A stretch of DNA of 64,000 nucleotides. Origin: Escherichia coli. Lineage in GTDB: Bacteria; Pseudomonadota; Gammaproteobacteria; Enterobacterales; Enterobacteriaceae. Position numbers and translations under genes: made by a program. The notes under the pieces are model-generated. The model was not told the DNA's origin, did not search any database, and saw only the letters and a list, made by a program, of their open reading frames with translations. How positions within the stretch are numbered: position 1 is the first letter of the stretch; each line of letters begins with the position of its first letter. Positions 18,926 through 31,930 of the stretch are shown here, piece by piece. The DNA is taken from the NCBI RefSeq assembly GCF_003334405.1, contig NZ_QOWM01000005.1; one strand, given 5' to 3'.

Positions 18926-20428
18926 ATGAGCGAACCCCTGTTAATTGCCCGCACGCCGGACACAGAACTATTTTTACTGCCGGGAATGGCTAACCGTCAC
19001 GGGCTGATTACTGGCGCAACGGGGACGGGTAAAACTGTCACGCTGCAAAAACTGGCGGAGTCTCTATCGGAAATCGGTGTTCCGGTGTTTATGGCCGATG
19101 TGAAAGGCGATCTGACCGGCATCGCGCAGGCAGGAACGGCGTCGGAAAAACTGCTCGCAAGGCTTAAAAATATCGGCGTAAATGACTGGCAACCGCATGC
19201 TAATCCGGTGGTGGTGTGGGATATCTTTGGCGAGAAGGGCCATCCGGTGCGGGCGACGGTTTCGGATCTGGGGCCGCTGTTGCTGGCGCGGCTGTTGAAT
19301 CTCAACGATGTGCAATCTGGCGTGCTGAATATCATTTTCCGCATTGCTGACGATCAGGGGCTGTTACTGCTCGACTTTAAAGATCTGCGGGCAATTACCC
19401 AGTACATCGGCGATAACGCCAAATCCTTCCAGAATCAGTACGGTAATATCAGTAGCGCATCGGTTGGTGCCATCCAGCGCGGGCTGTTATCGCTGGAACA
19501 GCAAGGCGCAGCACACTTCTTTGGTGAGCCGATGCTGGATATCAAAGACTGGATGCGTACCGATGCCAACGGTAAAGGCGTTATCAATATCCTCAGCGCC
19601 GAGAAGCTTTATCAGATGCCGAAACTGTACGCCGCCAGCCTGCTGTGGATGCTTTCAGAGTTGTATGAACAATTGCCTGAAGCGGGCGATCTGGAGAAAC
19701 CAAAACTGGTGTTTTTCTTCGACGAAGCACATCTGCTGTTTAACGATGCGCCACAGGTACTGCTGGATAAGATTGAGCAGGTGATAAGGCTTATTCGCTC
19801 AAAAGGCGTGGGCGTCTGGTTCGTTTCGCAAAACCCGTCAGATATTCCGGATAATGTGCTCGGGCAGCTAGGTAATCGCGTTCAACACGCTTTGCGGGCT
19901 TTTACGCCCAAAGATCAGAAAGCAGTAAAAGCTGCGGCGCAAACCATGCGGGCCAATCCGGCGTTTGATACCGAAAAGGCAATCCAGGAACTGGGGACCG
20001 GTGAGGCGTTAATCTCGTTTCTCGATGCGAAAGGAAGTCCTTCAGTGGTGGAACGGGCGATGGTTATCGCGCCTTGTTCGCGAATGGGGCCGGTGACGGA
20101 AGATGAGCGTAATGGCTTGATTAATCACTCTCCGGTGTATGGCAAATATGAGGATGAGGTGGACCGGGAATCCGCCTATGAGATGTTGCAAAAAGGCTTT
20201 CAGGCCAGTACCGAGCAGCAAAATAATCCCCCCGCGAAAGGGAAAGAGGTAGCGGTGGATGACGGCATTCTTGGTGGATTGAAGGATATTTTGTTTGGCA
20301 CTACTGGACCACGCGGCGGGAAGAAAGATGGTGTGGTGCAAACAATGGCAAAAAGCGCCGCCCGCCAGGTGACGAATCAGATTGTGCGCGGGATGTTGGG
20401 GAGTTTGCTGGGGGGGAGAAGAAGGTAA
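18926..20428 (+). CDS. yjgR: DUF853-family P-loop NTPase
   Basis: 500-aa ORF with Walker A GATGTGKT; core gene in K-12 gene order. Confidence 0.9.
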   Translation: MSEPLLIARTPDTELFLLPGMANRHGLITGATGTGKTVTLQKLAESLSEIGVPVFMADVKGDLTGIAQAGTASEKLLARLKNIGVNDWQPHANPVVVWDIFGEKGHPVRATVSDLGPLLLARLLNLNDVQSGVLNIIFRIADDQGLLLLDFKDLRAITQYIGDNAKSFQNQYGNISSASVGAIQRGLLSLEQQGAAHFFGEPMLDIKDWMRTDANGKGVINILSAEKLYQMPKLYAASLLWMLSELYEQLPEAGDLEKPKLVFFFDEAHLLFNDAPQVLLDKIEQVIRLIRSKGVGVWFVSQNPSDIPDNVLGQLGNRVQHALRAFTPKDQKAVKAAAQTMRANPAFDTEKAIQELGTGEALISFLDAKGSPSVVERAMVIAPCSRMGPVTEDERNGLINHSPVYGKYEDEVDRESAYEMLQKGFQASTEQQNNPPAKGKEVAVDDGILGGLKDILFGTTGPRGGKKDGVVQTMAKSAARQVTNQIVRGMLGSLLGGRRR

Positions 20429-20544
20429 GCCAGGTGCGATTTGTCTTTGCCTGATGCGACGCTGGCGCGCCTTATCATGCCCACACCACTGCAATATATT
20501 GAATTTTCATGATTTTTCAGGCATGAACGAAGCACACTTTGCTA

Positions 20545-20580
20545 ACAATAATAAAGGGAGCTTTCGCTCCCTTTATTCGT
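20545..20580. terminator. Bidirectional rho-independent terminator between yjgR and lptG
   Basis: Hairpin AAAGGGAGC-TTT-CGCTCCCTTT (~20553..20575) flanked by A-rich and T-rich runs. Confidence 0.5.
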
Positions 20581-20588
20581 TCATCAGG

Positions 20589-21671
20589 TTACGATTTTCT
20601 CATTAACAGCCACAGGCTGATTAAGAAGAAGCTGGCACTTGGCAAAAGTGCGCCGATGATCGGCGGGATGCCGTAAACCAACGTCAGCGGGCCGAAGATC
20701 TGGTCCAGTACGTAGAAGACAAAACCGAAGCTAATACCAGTGACCACACGCACGCCCATCGGTACGCTACGCAGTGGGCCAAAGATGAACGACAGCGCCA
20801 TCAGCATCATCACCGCCACGGATAGCGGCTGGAAGATTTTGCTCCACATGTTGAGCTGATAACGTCCGGCATCCTGACCGCTCGACTTCAGATACTTCAC
20901 ATAGTTGTGCAAACCGCTGATAGAGAGTGCATCCGGGTCCAGCGCCACCACGCCCAGTTTGTCTGGCGTGAGGTTGGTTTTCCAGGTGCCGCTCACCGTC
21001 TGCGAACCGGTGATCTGTTTCGGATTGGTCAAATCAGATTCATCAACCTGCGACAGACGCCAGACTTTATGTTCAGGGTCAAACTTCGCGGTAGCGGCAT
21101 AGCGTACGGATTGCAGACGACGATTCTCGTTAAAGGCATAGATACTGATGCCACCTAACTCTTCGTCACCTTTAACCCGCTCAATGTAGACGAAGTTGTT
21201 GCCATCTTTCGCCCATAAACCTTGCTGGGTAGAGAGCAACGAGCCGCCGTACATCGCCTGCGCACGGTAGTTACGCGCCATCTGCTCGCCCTGCGGCGCG
21301 ACCCATTCACCAATCGCCATCGTCAGCAAGACCAGCGGAATGGCGGTTTTCATCACCGACAGCGCCACCTGCATACGAGTAAAACCAGAAGCCTGCATGA
21401 CTACCAGTTCGCTGCGCTGCGCCAGCATCCCAAGACCAAGCAACGCCCCAAGCAGAGCCGCCATCGGGAAGAAGATTTGCACATCTTTCGGCACGCTCAG
21501 CAAGGTATACATTCCTGCGCCTAACGCGTCGTAACTCCCCTGCCCGGCTTTTTTCAGCTGATCGACAAACTTGATAATGCCCGACAGCGACACCAGCATG
21601 AACAGCGTCATCATGATGGTGGTGAAAATAGTTTTACCGATATAGCGGTCAAGTACGCCAAAAGGTTGCAT
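20589..21671 (-). CDS. lptG: LPS export ABC transporter permease
   Basis: MQPFGVLDRYIGKT...; start at second Met, overlapping the lptF stop. Confidence 0.92.
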   Translation of the reverse strand: MQPFGVLDRYIGKTIFTTIMMTLFMLVSLSGIIKFVDQLKKAGQGSYDALGAGMYTLLSVPKDVQIFFPMAALLGALLGLGMLAQRSELVVMQASGFTRMQVALSVMKTAIPLVLLTMAIGEWVAPQGEQMARNYRAQAMYGGSLLSTQQGLWAKDGNNFVYIERVKGDEELGGISIYAFNENRRLQSVRYAATAKFDPEHKVWRLSQVDESDLTNPKQITGSQTVSGTWKTNLTPDKLGVVALDPDALSISGLHNYVKYLKSSGQDAGRYQLNMWSKIFQPLSVAVMMLMALSFIFGPLRSVPMGVRVVTGISFGFVFYVLDQIFGPLTLVYGIPPIIGALLPSASFFLISLWLLMRKS

Positions 21672-22771
21672 CACACCGCTCCTTTACGCGAAAAACTGGC
21701 GCGCAGGCGGCGGACCGGCACGGTGTCCCAAAGGTTGAGAACAATCGCCAAAGCCAGATAAATCAGGTTAACGGTCCACATCCACAGCGTCGGGTCCAGC
21801 TTACCTTTACCGCCGTTCGATTTCAGGGAGGTCTGGATCAGGAAGAACAACAGATACAGCAGCATGGCTGGCAGCATCGATAGTACGCGCCCCTGACGCG
21901 GGTTAACCACGCTCAGCGGTACGACCATAAGTGCCATCATAAACACGGTGAACACCAACGTGATACGCCAGTTCAGTTCTGCGCGAGCACGATCGGTGTC
22001 AGTGTTCCACAATGTGCGCATGTCCATCTGGTCGGTATCGTTCGGGTCGAGCGCCACCGCCTGGTGACCAATGATCGCCTGATAATCCTGGAAATCCGTA
22101 ATGCGGAAATCACGTAACAGTGCAGTGCCTTCGAAGCGCGTTCCCTGGTTGAGAGTGACGACCTGGGAGCCGTCGCGCAGCTGGGTTAAATGTCCGGAAT
22201 CGGCCACCACCACAGAAGGACGTGCATTACCTTTTGGTCGAATTTGCGCGAGGAACACATCTTTGAAATCGCTGCCGTCAACGCTTTCGATGAACAGCAC
22301 CGAACTGCCATTAGTCGCTTGCTGGAATTGCCCTTGCGCCAGCGCCGCCATGCCAGGGTTCGCTTTCGCTTCTGCTAACACTTCATCCTGATGACGCGAT
22401 GACCACGGTCCCGCCCACATCACGTTAACCGCCGCGACGATTGCCGTGAATACCGCAAGGATCATTGCCGCTTTCACCAGAACCGCTTTGCTCAGGCCGC
22501 AGGCATGCATTACCGTAATTTCACTTTCGGTATACAGTTTGCCCAGCGTCATCAGCAGCCCGAGGAACAGGCTTAATGGCAGGATAAGCTGCGCCATTTC
22601 CGGCACGCCCAACCCGAGAAGGGAGAGCACCAGATTCGCCGGAATATCGCCGTCAACCGCTGCGCCGAGGATCCTCACTAACTTTTGACAGAAGAAGATC
22701 AAAAGCAAGATGAAGAGTATCGCCAGCTGGCTTTTGAGCGTCTCCCGCACCAGATATCTTATGATTATCAC
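21671..22771 (-). CDS. lptF: LPS export ABC transporter permease
   Basis: 366-aa ORF MIIIRYLVRETLKSQ... Confidence 0.92.
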   Translation of the reverse strand: MIIIRYLVRETLKSQLAILFILLLIFFCQKLVRILGAAVDGDIPANLVLSLLGLGVPEMAQLILPLSLFLGLLMTLGKLYTESEITVMHACGLSKAVLVKAAMILAVFTAIVAAVNVMWAGPWSSRHQDEVLAEAKANPGMAALAQGQFQQATNGSSVLFIESVDGSDFKDVFLAQIRPKGNARPSVVVADSGHLTQLRDGSQVVTLNQGTRFEGTALLRDFRITDFQDYQAIIGHQAVALDPNDTDQMDMRTLWNTDTDRARAELNWRITLVFTVFMMALMVVPLSVVNPRQGRVLSMLPAMLLYLLFFLIQTSLKSNGGKGKLDPTLWMWTVNLIYLALAIVLNLWDTVPVRRLRASFSRKGAV

Positions 22772-23034
22772 TTTAAATACGCCCGTAAAAACTCGTCTTT
22801 TGCAGGATTTTAGCTTGTTTCATGGCTTAAACGTCATTTATTCTCTTGAGTCGTCGAAATCGTCGCTAAGATAATTATACTCAACGGATTCACCTCTCAG
22901 ATTTTGTTCTGACGTGCCAATGCCGTAATAACGTTAAGATTAACACGAAGTCATCGCAACAGCGGACATGAGTTACGAAAGCTTGCAATTCTATCTGTAG
23001 CCACCGCCGTTGTCTTTAAGATTCAGGAGCGTAG

Positions 23035-24549
<1,515 letters not shown>

Positions 24550-24552
24550 TTG

Positions 24553-24872
<320 letters not shown>

Positions 24873-24902
24873 TATTTAAATCCACCACAAGAAGCCCCAT
24901 AT

Positions 24903-25346
24903 ATGAAAAACGCGACGTTCTACCTTCTGGACAATGACACCACCGTCGATGGCTTAAGCGCCGTTGAGCAACTGGTGTGTGAAATTGCCGCAGAACGTTG
25001 GCGCAGCGGTAAGCGCGTGCTCATCGCCTGTGAAGATGAAAAGCAGGCTTACCGGCTGGATGAAGCCCTGTGGGCGCGTCCGGCAGAATGCTTTGTTCCG
25101 CATAATTTAGCGGGAGAAGGACCGCGTGGCGGTGCGCCGGTGGAGATCGCCTGGCCGCAAAAACGCAGCAGCAGCCCGCGCGATATATTGATTAGTCTGC
25201 GAACAAGCTTTGCAGATTTTGCCACCGCTTTCACAGAAGTGGTAGACTTCGTTCCTTATGAAGATTCTCTGAAACAACTGGCGCGCGAACGCTATAAAGC
25301 CTACCGCGTGGCTGGTTTCAACCTGAATACGGCAACCTGGAAATAA
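24903..25346 (+). CDS. holC: DNA polymerase III chi subunit
   Basis: 147-aa [36 protein letters not shown]... Confidence 0.93.
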   Translation: MKNATFYLLDNDTTVDGLSAVEQLVCEIAAERWRSGKRVLIACEDEKQAYRLDEALWARPAECFVPHNLAGEGPRGGAPVEIAWPQKRSSSPRDILISLRTSFADFATAFTEVVDFVPYEDSLKQLARERYKAYRVAGFNLNTATWK

Positions 25347-28201
25347 TGGAAAAGACATATAACCCACAAGATATCGAACAGCCGCTTTACGAGCACTGGG
25401 AAAAGCAGGGCTACTTTAAGCCTAATGGCGATGAAAGCCAGGAAAGTTTCTGCATCATGATCCCGCCGCCGAACGTCACCGGCAGTTTGCATATGGGTCA
25501 CGCCTTCCAGCAAACCATCATGGATACCATGATCCGCTATCAGCGCATGCAGGGCAAAAACACCCTGTGGCAGGTCGGTACTGACCACGCCGGGATCGCT
25601 ACCCAGATGGTCGTTGAGCGCAAGATTGCCGCAGAAGAAGGTAAAACCCGTCACGACTACGGCCGCGAAGCTTTCATCGACAAAATCTGGGAATGGAAAG
25701 CGGAATCCGGCGGCACGATTACCCGTCAGATGCGCCGTCTCGGCAACTCCGTCGACTGGGAGCGTGAACGCTTCACGATGGACGAAGGCCTGTCCAATGC
25801 GGTGAAAGAAGTTTTCGTTCGTCTGTATAAAGAAGACCTGATTTACCGTGGCAAACGCCTGGTAAACTGGGATCCGAAACTGCGCACCGCTATCTCTGAC
25901 CTGGAAGTGGAAAACCGCGAATCGAAAGGTTCGATGTGGCACATCCGCTATCCGCTGGCTGACGGCGCGAAAACCGCAGACGGTAAAGATTATCTGGTGG
26001 TTGCGACTACCCGTCCGGAAACCCTGTTGGGCGATACCGGCGTGGCCGTTAACCCGGAAGATCCGCGTTACAAAGACCTGATTGGCAAATATGTCATTCT
26101 ACCGCTGGTTAACCGTCGTATTCCGATCGTTGGCGACGAACACGCCGACATGGAAAAAGGCACCGGCTGCGTGAAAATCACTCCGGCGCACGACTTTAAC
26201 GACTATGAAGTGGGTAAACGTCACGCGCTGCCGATGATCAACATCCTGACCTTTGACGGCGATATCCGTGAAAGCGCCCAGGTGTTCGATACCAAAGGTA
26301 ACGAATCTGACGTTTATTCCAGCGAAATCCCGGCAGAGTTCCAGAAACTCGAGCGTTTTGCTGCACGTAAAGCAGTCGTTGCTGCGGTTGATGCACTCGG
26401 CCTGCTGGAAGAAATTAAACCGCACGACCTGACCGTTCCTTACGGCGACCGTGGCGGCGTGGTTATCGAACCGATGCTGACCGACCAGTGGTACGTGCGT
26501 GCCGATGTACTGGCGAAACCGGCAGTTGAAGCGGTTGAGAACGGCGACATTCAGTTCGTACCGAAGCAGTACGAAAACATGTACTTCTCCTGGATGCGCG
26601 ATATTCAGGACTGGTGTATCTCTCGTCAGCTGTGGTGGGGTCACCGTATCCCGGCATGGTATGACGAAGCGGGTAACGTTTACGTTGGCCGCAACGAAGA
26701 CGAAGTGCGCAAGGAAAATAACCTCGGTGCCGACGTTGCCCTGCGTCAGGACGAAGACGTTCTAGACACCTGGTTCTCTTCTGCGCTGTGGACCTTCTCT
26801 ACCCTTGGCTGGCCGGAAAATACCGACGCCCTGCGTCAGTTCCACCCAACCAGCGTGATGGTATCTGGTTTCGACATCATCTTCTTCTGGATTGCCCGCA
26901 TGATCATGATGACCATGCACTTCATCAAAGATGAAAATGGCAAACCGCAGGTGCCGTTCCACACTGTTTACATGACCGGTCTGATTCGTGACGACGAAGG
27001 CCAGAAGATGTCCAAATCCAAGGGTAACGTTATCGACCCGCTGGATATGGTTGACGGTATTTCGCTGCCAGAACTGCTGGAAAAACGTACCGGCAATATG
27101 ATGCAGCCGCAGCTGGCGGACAAAATCCGTAAGCGCACCGAGAAACAGTTCCCGAACGGCATTGAGCCGCACGGCACCGATGCCCTGCGCTTCACCCTGG
27201 CGGCGCTGGCGTCTACCGGTCGTGACATCAACTGGGATATGAAGCGCCTGGAAGGTTACCGTAACTTCTGTAACAAGCTGTGGAACGCCAGCCGCTTTGT
27301 GCTGATGAACACGGAAGGTCAGGATTGCGGCTTCAACGGTGGTGAAATGACGCTGTCGCTGGCGGACCGCTGGATTCTGGCAGAGTTCAACCAGACCATC
27401 AAAGCGTACCGCGAAGCGCTGGACAGCTTCCGCTTCGATATCGCTGCAGGCATTCTGTATGAGTTCACCTGGAACCAGTTCTGCGACTGGTATCTGGAGC
27501 TGACCAAGCCGGTAATGAACGGTGGAACCGAAGCCGAACTGCGCGGTACTCGCCATACGCTGGTGACTGTACTGGAAGGTCTGCTGCGCCTCGCGCATCC
27601 GATCATTCCGTTCATCACCGAAACCATCTGGCAGCGTGTGAAAGTACTTTGCGGTATCACTGCCGACACCATCATGCTGCAGCCGTTCCCGCAGTACGAT
27701 GCATCTCAGGTTGATGAAGCGGCGCTGGCCGACACCGAGTGGCTGAAACAGGCGATCGTTGCGGTACGTAACATCCGTGCAGAAATGAACATCGCGCCGG
27801 GCAAACCGCTGGAGCTGCTGCTGCGTGGTTGCAGCGCGGATGCAGAACGTCGCGTAAATGAAAACCGTGGCTTCCTGCAAACGCTGGCGCGTCTGGAAAG
27901 TATCACCGTGCTGCCTGCCGATGACAAAGGTCCGGTTTCCGTTACAAAGATCATCGACGGTGCAGAGCTGCTGATCCCGATGGCTGGCCTCATCAACAAA
28001 GAAGATGAGCTGGCGCGTCTGGCGAAAGAAGTGGCGAAGATTGAAGGTGAAATCAGCCGTATCGAGAACAAACTGGCGAATGAAGGCTTTGTCGCCCGCG
28101 CACCGGAAGCGGTCATCGCGAAAGAGCGTGAGAAGCTGGAAGGCTATGCGGAAGCGAAAGCGAAGCTGATTGAACAGCAGGCTGTTATCGCCGCGCTGTA
28201 A
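25346..28201 (+). CDS. valS: Valyl-tRNA synthetase
   Basis: 951-aa ORF with class I HMGH ([15 protein letters not shown]) and KMSKS motifs. Confidence 0.97.
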   Translation: MEKTYNPQDIEQPLYEHWEKQGYFKPNGDESQESFCIMIPPPNVTGSLHMGHAFQQTIMDTMIRYQRMQGKNTLWQVGTDHAGIATQMVVERKIAAEEGKTRHDYGREAFIDKIWEWKAESGGTITRQMRRLGNSVDWERERFTMDEGLSNAVKEVFVRLYKEDLIYRGKRLVNWDPKLRTAISDLEVENRESKGSMWHIRYPLADGAKTADGKDYLVVATTRPETLLGDTGVAVNPEDPRYKDLIGKYVILPLVNRRIPIVGDEHADMEKGTGCVKITPAHDFNDYEVGKRHALPMINILTFDGDIRESAQVFDTKGNESDVYSSEIPAEFQKLERFAARKAVVAAVDALGLLEEIKPHDLTVPYGDRGGVVIEPMLTDQWYVRADVLAKPAVEAVENGDIQFVPKQYENMYFSWMRDIQDWCISRQLWWGHRIPAWYDEAGNVYVGRNEDEVRKENNLGADVALRQDEDVLDTWFSSALWTFSTLGWPENTDALRQFHPTSVMVSGFDIIFFWIARMIMMTMHFIKDENGKPQVPFHTVYMTGLIRDDEGQKMSKSKGNVIDPLDMVDGISLPELLEKRTGNMMQPQLADKIRKRTEKQFPNGIEPHGTDALRFTLAALASTGRDINWDMKRLEGYRNFCNKLWNASRFVLMNTEGQDCGFNGGEMTLSLADRWILAEFNQTIKAYREALDSFRFDIAAGILYEFTWNQFCDWYLELTKPVMNGGTEAELRGTRHTLVTVLEGLLRLAHPIIPFITETIWQRVKVLCGITADTIMLQPFPQYDASQVDEAALADTEWLKQAIVAVRNIRAEMNIAPGKPLELLLRGCSADAERRVNENRGFLQTLARLESITVLPADDKGPVSVTKIIDGAELLIPMAGLINKEDELARLAKEVAKIEGEISRIENKLANEGFVARAPEAVIAKEREKLEGYAEAKAKLIEQQAVIAAL

Positions 28202-28220
28202 TCAACACCGTGATGAAAAC

Positions 28221-28250
28221 GAAGGCCGGAGCATGCTCCGGCCTTTTTTA
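28221..28250. terminator. Bidirectional rho-independent terminator between valS and yjgN
   Basis: Hairpin AAGGCCGGAGC-ATG-CTCCGGCCTT followed by a T-run. Confidence 0.7.
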
Positions 28251-28254
28251 TCTC

Positions 28255-29451
28255 TTACAGAAATGGTAAAGAAGACATAACTCCCCGTGAAATACTGGCT
28301 AAGAAGCCTTTATCTGGTTGTTCTTCTTTATTGATTAAAGGAAGGTCATCCAAATCGCCCAGCAAATACGTATTTTTTGCCTGCCAGTCAATCATCCATA
28401 TTTTCAGCAGTGGGTAAGCCAGACCACCCGTAATCCCGGATATCACCACCAACGCACACATGCGATAAAGCATACCGTGGTACGTTAAAGTTGAGCGAAA
28501 ACGAATACGCCCATCATTCAGTGACAGGTTGCTCATAAAATGATTTCGCAACGACACCGTTAAATAACTGGTGCTAACAGCAATCCCAAAATAATAGATT
28601 AACTGCGCGATTATCATTTTACGCTGCATTTCCATAAATTGCTGTAAATTCTCAATGTCATCATTTGCATATACAGAACTATCATACGCATTTAATATTT
28701 GATCGAAGATAATATAACCAGCAACAGCGAGAAAAGGCAATAAAGCTAAAAATGCGAGAATGGCATATTTTATACAATACGTAGTATCTAAATTCACCTT
28801 GAAACGATGTATACCGAAACTGGTATTGCTCCAGAGAAAACTCATTACCAGACTATATAAAGTACCATTAAAAATACCAATGGAAACAATACCAACTATT
28901 GCCATCAGAACCATGGATATAATAACACTACTTGAACTATTGGCAGGTAGCATCTTTGTCGAGATAAAGAAAACAGTCCCCATCCCAATGGCCATTAAAA
29001 TCGGCAAGAAAAAGGTCACCCACCAGAACCCTTTCATAGAGCAATTAAAACTAAATCTTACGCCGTTGAGACTGGTCATTAAGGCCTGATGACGCAGTCC
29101 TTTTGCTGCCATAAATATAAGCAAAACCAACAGTAACAAAGTCAAAACACAACCAACAAGCGGCATATCTGCTGACACTGTCATTAAGATTGCGAAATAG
29201 AAAAAAACAAAAAAAAGACAACTAACAAAAACATTCCCACCGGTAATTCCATAAGAAAATCGTTGTCCGTTAACTTCCATATTAGCATAAAGATAACGCT
29301 TACATTTCATTAATGCCCATGGTAAATAGATACCTAGCGTTATAATCGTTAACAACACATTCACCACGCAAATAAGAAAATATCTCTCACCTGTACCATG
29401 AAAAACAAACGAATGGGACGGAACATCCATTTCATTAATAACTTGAGCCAT
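28255..29451 (-). CDS. yjgN: DUF898-family inner membrane protein
   Basis: Hydrophobic ORF; start taken at MAQVINEMDV; AT-rich. Confidence 0.85.
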   Translation of the reverse strand: MAQVINEMDVPSHSFVFHGTGERYFLICVVNVLLTIITLGIYLPWALMKCKRYLYANMEVNGQRFSYGITGGNVFVSCLFFVFFYFAILMTVSADMPLVGCVLTLLLLVLLIFMAAKGLRHQALMTSLNGVRFSFNCSMKGFWWVTFFLPILMAIGMGTVFFISTKMLPANSSSSVIISMVLMAIVGIVSIGIFNGTLYSLVMSFLWSNTSFGIHRFKVNLDTTYCIKYAILAFLALLPFLAVAGYIIFDQILNAYDSSVYANDDIENLQQFMEMQRKMIIAQLIYYFGIAVSTSYLTVSLRNHFMSNLSLNDGRIRFRSTLTYHGMLYRMCALVVISGITGGLAYPLLKIWMIDWQAKNTYLLGDLDDLPLINKEEQPDKGFLASISRGVMSSLPFL

Positions 29452-29643
29452 AAAAGTTCCCTGAATTAAAAAATCCATTGATATAACTTATATATACAGA
29501 CAGTAAAATGTTCTGCCACGTTACAATACTCTTATCAGTAATAGGCTGGCAAAAACTTTATTACTTTATAAGTCGCTTGCGTACGTAAGAAGAGAGTGGT
29601 ATTAAACAAATGTATAATTACTTTATTTTTATTGGGTTAAACT

Positions 29644-30147
29644 ATGAATAACATTGCGCCGCAATCACCTGTAATGCGTCGCCTGACGCTGCAGGATAAT
29701 CCTGCTATCGCCCGCGTCATTCGTCAGGTATCCGCCGAATACGGTCTTACCGCTGATAAAGGCTACACCGTCGCCGATCCGAATCTTGACGAGCTGTATC
29801 AAGTGTATAGTCAGCCTGGCCATGCATATTGGGTCGTTGAGTACGAGGGTGAAGTGGTCGGCGGCGGTGGGATAGCGCCATTAACCGGGAGTGAGTCGGA
29901 TATTTGCGAACTGCAAAAGATGTATTTTCTTCCAGCTATCCGCGGCAAAGGGCTGGCAAAAAAACTGGCCTTAATGGCGATGGAGCAGGCGCGAGAGATG
30001 GGTTTCAAACGCTGCTATCTGGAAACGACCGCTTTTTTAAAGGAAGCCATTGCGCTTTATGAGCATTTGGGCTTTGAGCATATCGACTATGCGCTTGGCT
30101 GCACGGGCCATGTCGATTGTGAAGTGCGGATGTTGCGCGAACTCTAA
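29644..30147 (+). CDS. yjgM: GNAT-family acetyltransferase
   Basis: 167-aa ORF at the conserved K-12 position between yjgN and rraB. Confidence 0.85.
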   Translation: MNNIAPQSPVMRRLTLQDNPAIARVIRQVSAEYGLTADKGYTVADPNLDELYQVYSQPGHAYWVVEYEGEVVGGGGIAPLTGSESDICELQKMYFLPAIRGKGLAKKLALMAMEQAREMGFKRCYLETTAFLKEAIALYEHLGFEHIDYALGCTGHVDCEVRMLREL

Positions 30148-30204
30148 AAAAATGCCCGCGTGTTCACACTCGCGGGCATTCGAACATTAACAACGTACGT
30201 TTTG

Positions 30205-30290
30205 TTTATGCCGGATGTGACATGAATGCCTTATCCGGGCTACAAATTCACCAGGTTGCAGGAACTACCTGGGCCTGATGCGCTACGCTT
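30205..30290. repeat. REP element
   Basis: GCCGGATGTGACATGAATGCCTTATCCGGGCTACA and CCTGGGCCTGATGCGCTACGCTTA palindromic units. Confidence 0.7.
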
Positions 30291-30292
30291 AA

Positions 30293-30709
30293 TTAGTGGC
30301 GAACTCCGTCATCGTCTTCATCGACAAAATCTTCATCGTCGCCATCTTCGCCGTTAGGATCTTCAAAGTAAGTGCCCCAACCGTCGTACTCAACGTCAAA
30401 TTTCTCTGCCAGCGTCATCAGTTGTTCAACCTGGGCATCGATCAGATCGGCATTCAATGCGCACTCGCTGAGGATGTCGCAGCAAATCACGATGTCACCA
30501 TCTTCAACTTCCAGCTCTTCTGGATCGGTCACTTCGTAACCGAGTTTAAACGCTTCAACTGCTGCTTTTTCCAGTGTTTCCAGATCGTCTGCGGAAAGAT
30601 GGTGTTCGATGGTGTACAGCGCGTCCGGATCGCTGCCATCTTCCAGTAATTCTTCAATAATCAAACGTGTTTCTTCACGCTGTTCTTCCAGTTGTTCCGG
30701 GTTTGCCAT
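30293..30709 (-). CDS. rraB: Ribonuclease E inhibitor RraB
   Basis: 138-aa very acidic ORF ending ...[14 protein letters not shown]. Confidence 0.9.
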
Positions 30710-30806
30710 GGCTCATTCCTCTTAATGTCCTGCCGATACTCTTATTGTCACACACCACTGACATTGCCTCCACCTTTGTGACAAAGATTTATGCTTTAGA
30801 CTTGCA

Positions 30807-30845
30807 AATGAATAATCATCCATATAGATTGAATTTTAATTCATT
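30807..30845 (+). promoter_or_regulatory. Paired ARG boxes (ArgR operator) upstream of argI
   Basis: Two 18-bp boxes, AATGAATAATCATCCATA and ATTGAATTTTAATTCATT, separated by 3 bp; both fit the TGAAT-AT-rich-ATTCA pattern. Confidence 0.75.
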
Positions 30846-30870
30846 GAGGCGTTAGCCACAGGAGGGATCT

Positions 30871-31875
30871 ATGTCCGGGTTTTATCATAAGCATTTCCTG
30901 AAATTACTCGATTTCACGCCAGCTGAACTTAACAGCCTGCTGCAGTTAGCCGCGAAGCTGAAAGCCGATAAGAAAAGCGGTAAAGAAGAAGCCAAACTCA
31001 CTGGTAAAAACATCGCGCTCATCTTCGAAAAAGACTCGACTCGTACCCGATGCTCTTTCGAAGTTGCCGCATATGACCAGGGTGCTCGCGTTACTTATCT
31101 CGGCCCAAGCGGCAGCCAGATTGGTCATAAAGAGTCGATTAAAGACACTGCCCGCGTGCTTGGTCGCATGTATGACGGTATTCAGTATCGCGGCTATGGT
31201 CAGGAGATTGTCGAAACACTGGCGGAATACGCTGGCGTGCCGGTATGGAACGGCCTGACCAATGAGTTTCACCCCACGCAGCTTCTGGCGGATCTCCTCA
31301 CCATGCAGGAGCATTTGCCCGGCAAAGCGTTCAACGAAATGACGCTGGTTTATGCAGGTGACGCGCGTAACAATATGGGCAATTCGATGCTCGAAGCTGC
31401 GGCGCTTACCGGTCTGGATTTGCGTCTGGTCGCGCCGCAGGCATGCTGGCCGGAAGCTGCGCTGGTTACGGAATGCCGCGCCCTGGCACAGCAAAATGGT
31501 GGGAATATTACGCTGACAGAAGATGTCGCGAAGGGAGTTGAAGGTGCTGACTTTATCTATACCGATGTGTGGGTGTCGATGGGGGAAGCAAAAGAGAAAT
31601 GGGCGGAACGGATTGCATTGCTGCGTGAATATCAGGTGAACAGCAAGATGATGCAGTTGACCGGTAACCCGGAGGTCAAATTCCTCCACTGCCTGCCCGC
31701 GTTTCATGACGACCAAACGACGCTTGGTAAGAAAATGGCGGAAGAGTTTGGCCTACATGGCGGAATGGAAGTTACTGATGAGGTCTTCGAATCTGCCGCC
31801 AGCATTGTTTTTGATCAGGCGGAAAACCGCATGCATACCATCAAAGCGGTGATGGTCGCGACGCTCAGTGAATAA
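30871..31875 (+). CDS. argI: Ornithine carbamoyltransferase
   Basis: 334-aa ORF with STRTR and HCLP motifs. Confidence 0.95.
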   Translation: MSGFYHKHFLKLLDFTPAELNSLLQLAAKLKADKKSGKEEAKLTGKNIALIFEKDSTRTRCSFEVAAYDQGARVTYLGPSGSQIGHKESIKDTARVLGRMYDGIQYRGYGQEIVETLAEYAGVPVWNGLTNEFHPTQLLADLLTMQEHLPGKAFNEMTLVYAGDARNNMGNSMLEAAALTGLDLRLVAPQACWPEAALVTECRALAQQNGGNITLTEDVAKGVEGADFIYTDVWVSMGEAKEKWAERIALLREYQVNSKMMQLTGNPEVKFLHCLPAFHDDQTTLGKKMAEEFGLHGGMEVTDEVFESAASIVFDQAENRMHTIKAVMVATLSE

Positions 31876-31889
31876 TTGATATTGCTATA

Positions 31890-31930
31890 AAGATGCCGGG
31901 AAATACAAACCATCCCGGCATCACATTATT
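31890..31930. terminator. Bidirectional terminator between argI and yjgL
   Basis: Hairpin GATGCCGGG...CCCGGCATC followed by a T-rich run. Confidence 0.5.

Noticed and set aside
18926-20428. yjgR HerA-like (DUF853) ATPase as part of a defence system
   Set aside because: It is a conserved core gene at its usual position between idnR and lptG, with normal GC content and no nuclease or partner genes; it is 8 kb from the island.
26762-27880. 372-aa antisense ORF inside valS (similar long antisense ORFs at 47119..48519 in nrdD, 61356..62666 in tamB, 37678..38556 across pyrI/ridA, 16445..17011 in idnT)
   Set aside because: They are opposite well-recognised conserved genes, have Arg/Ala-rich low-complexity composition typical of antisense frames in GC-rich genes, and show no recognisable motifs.
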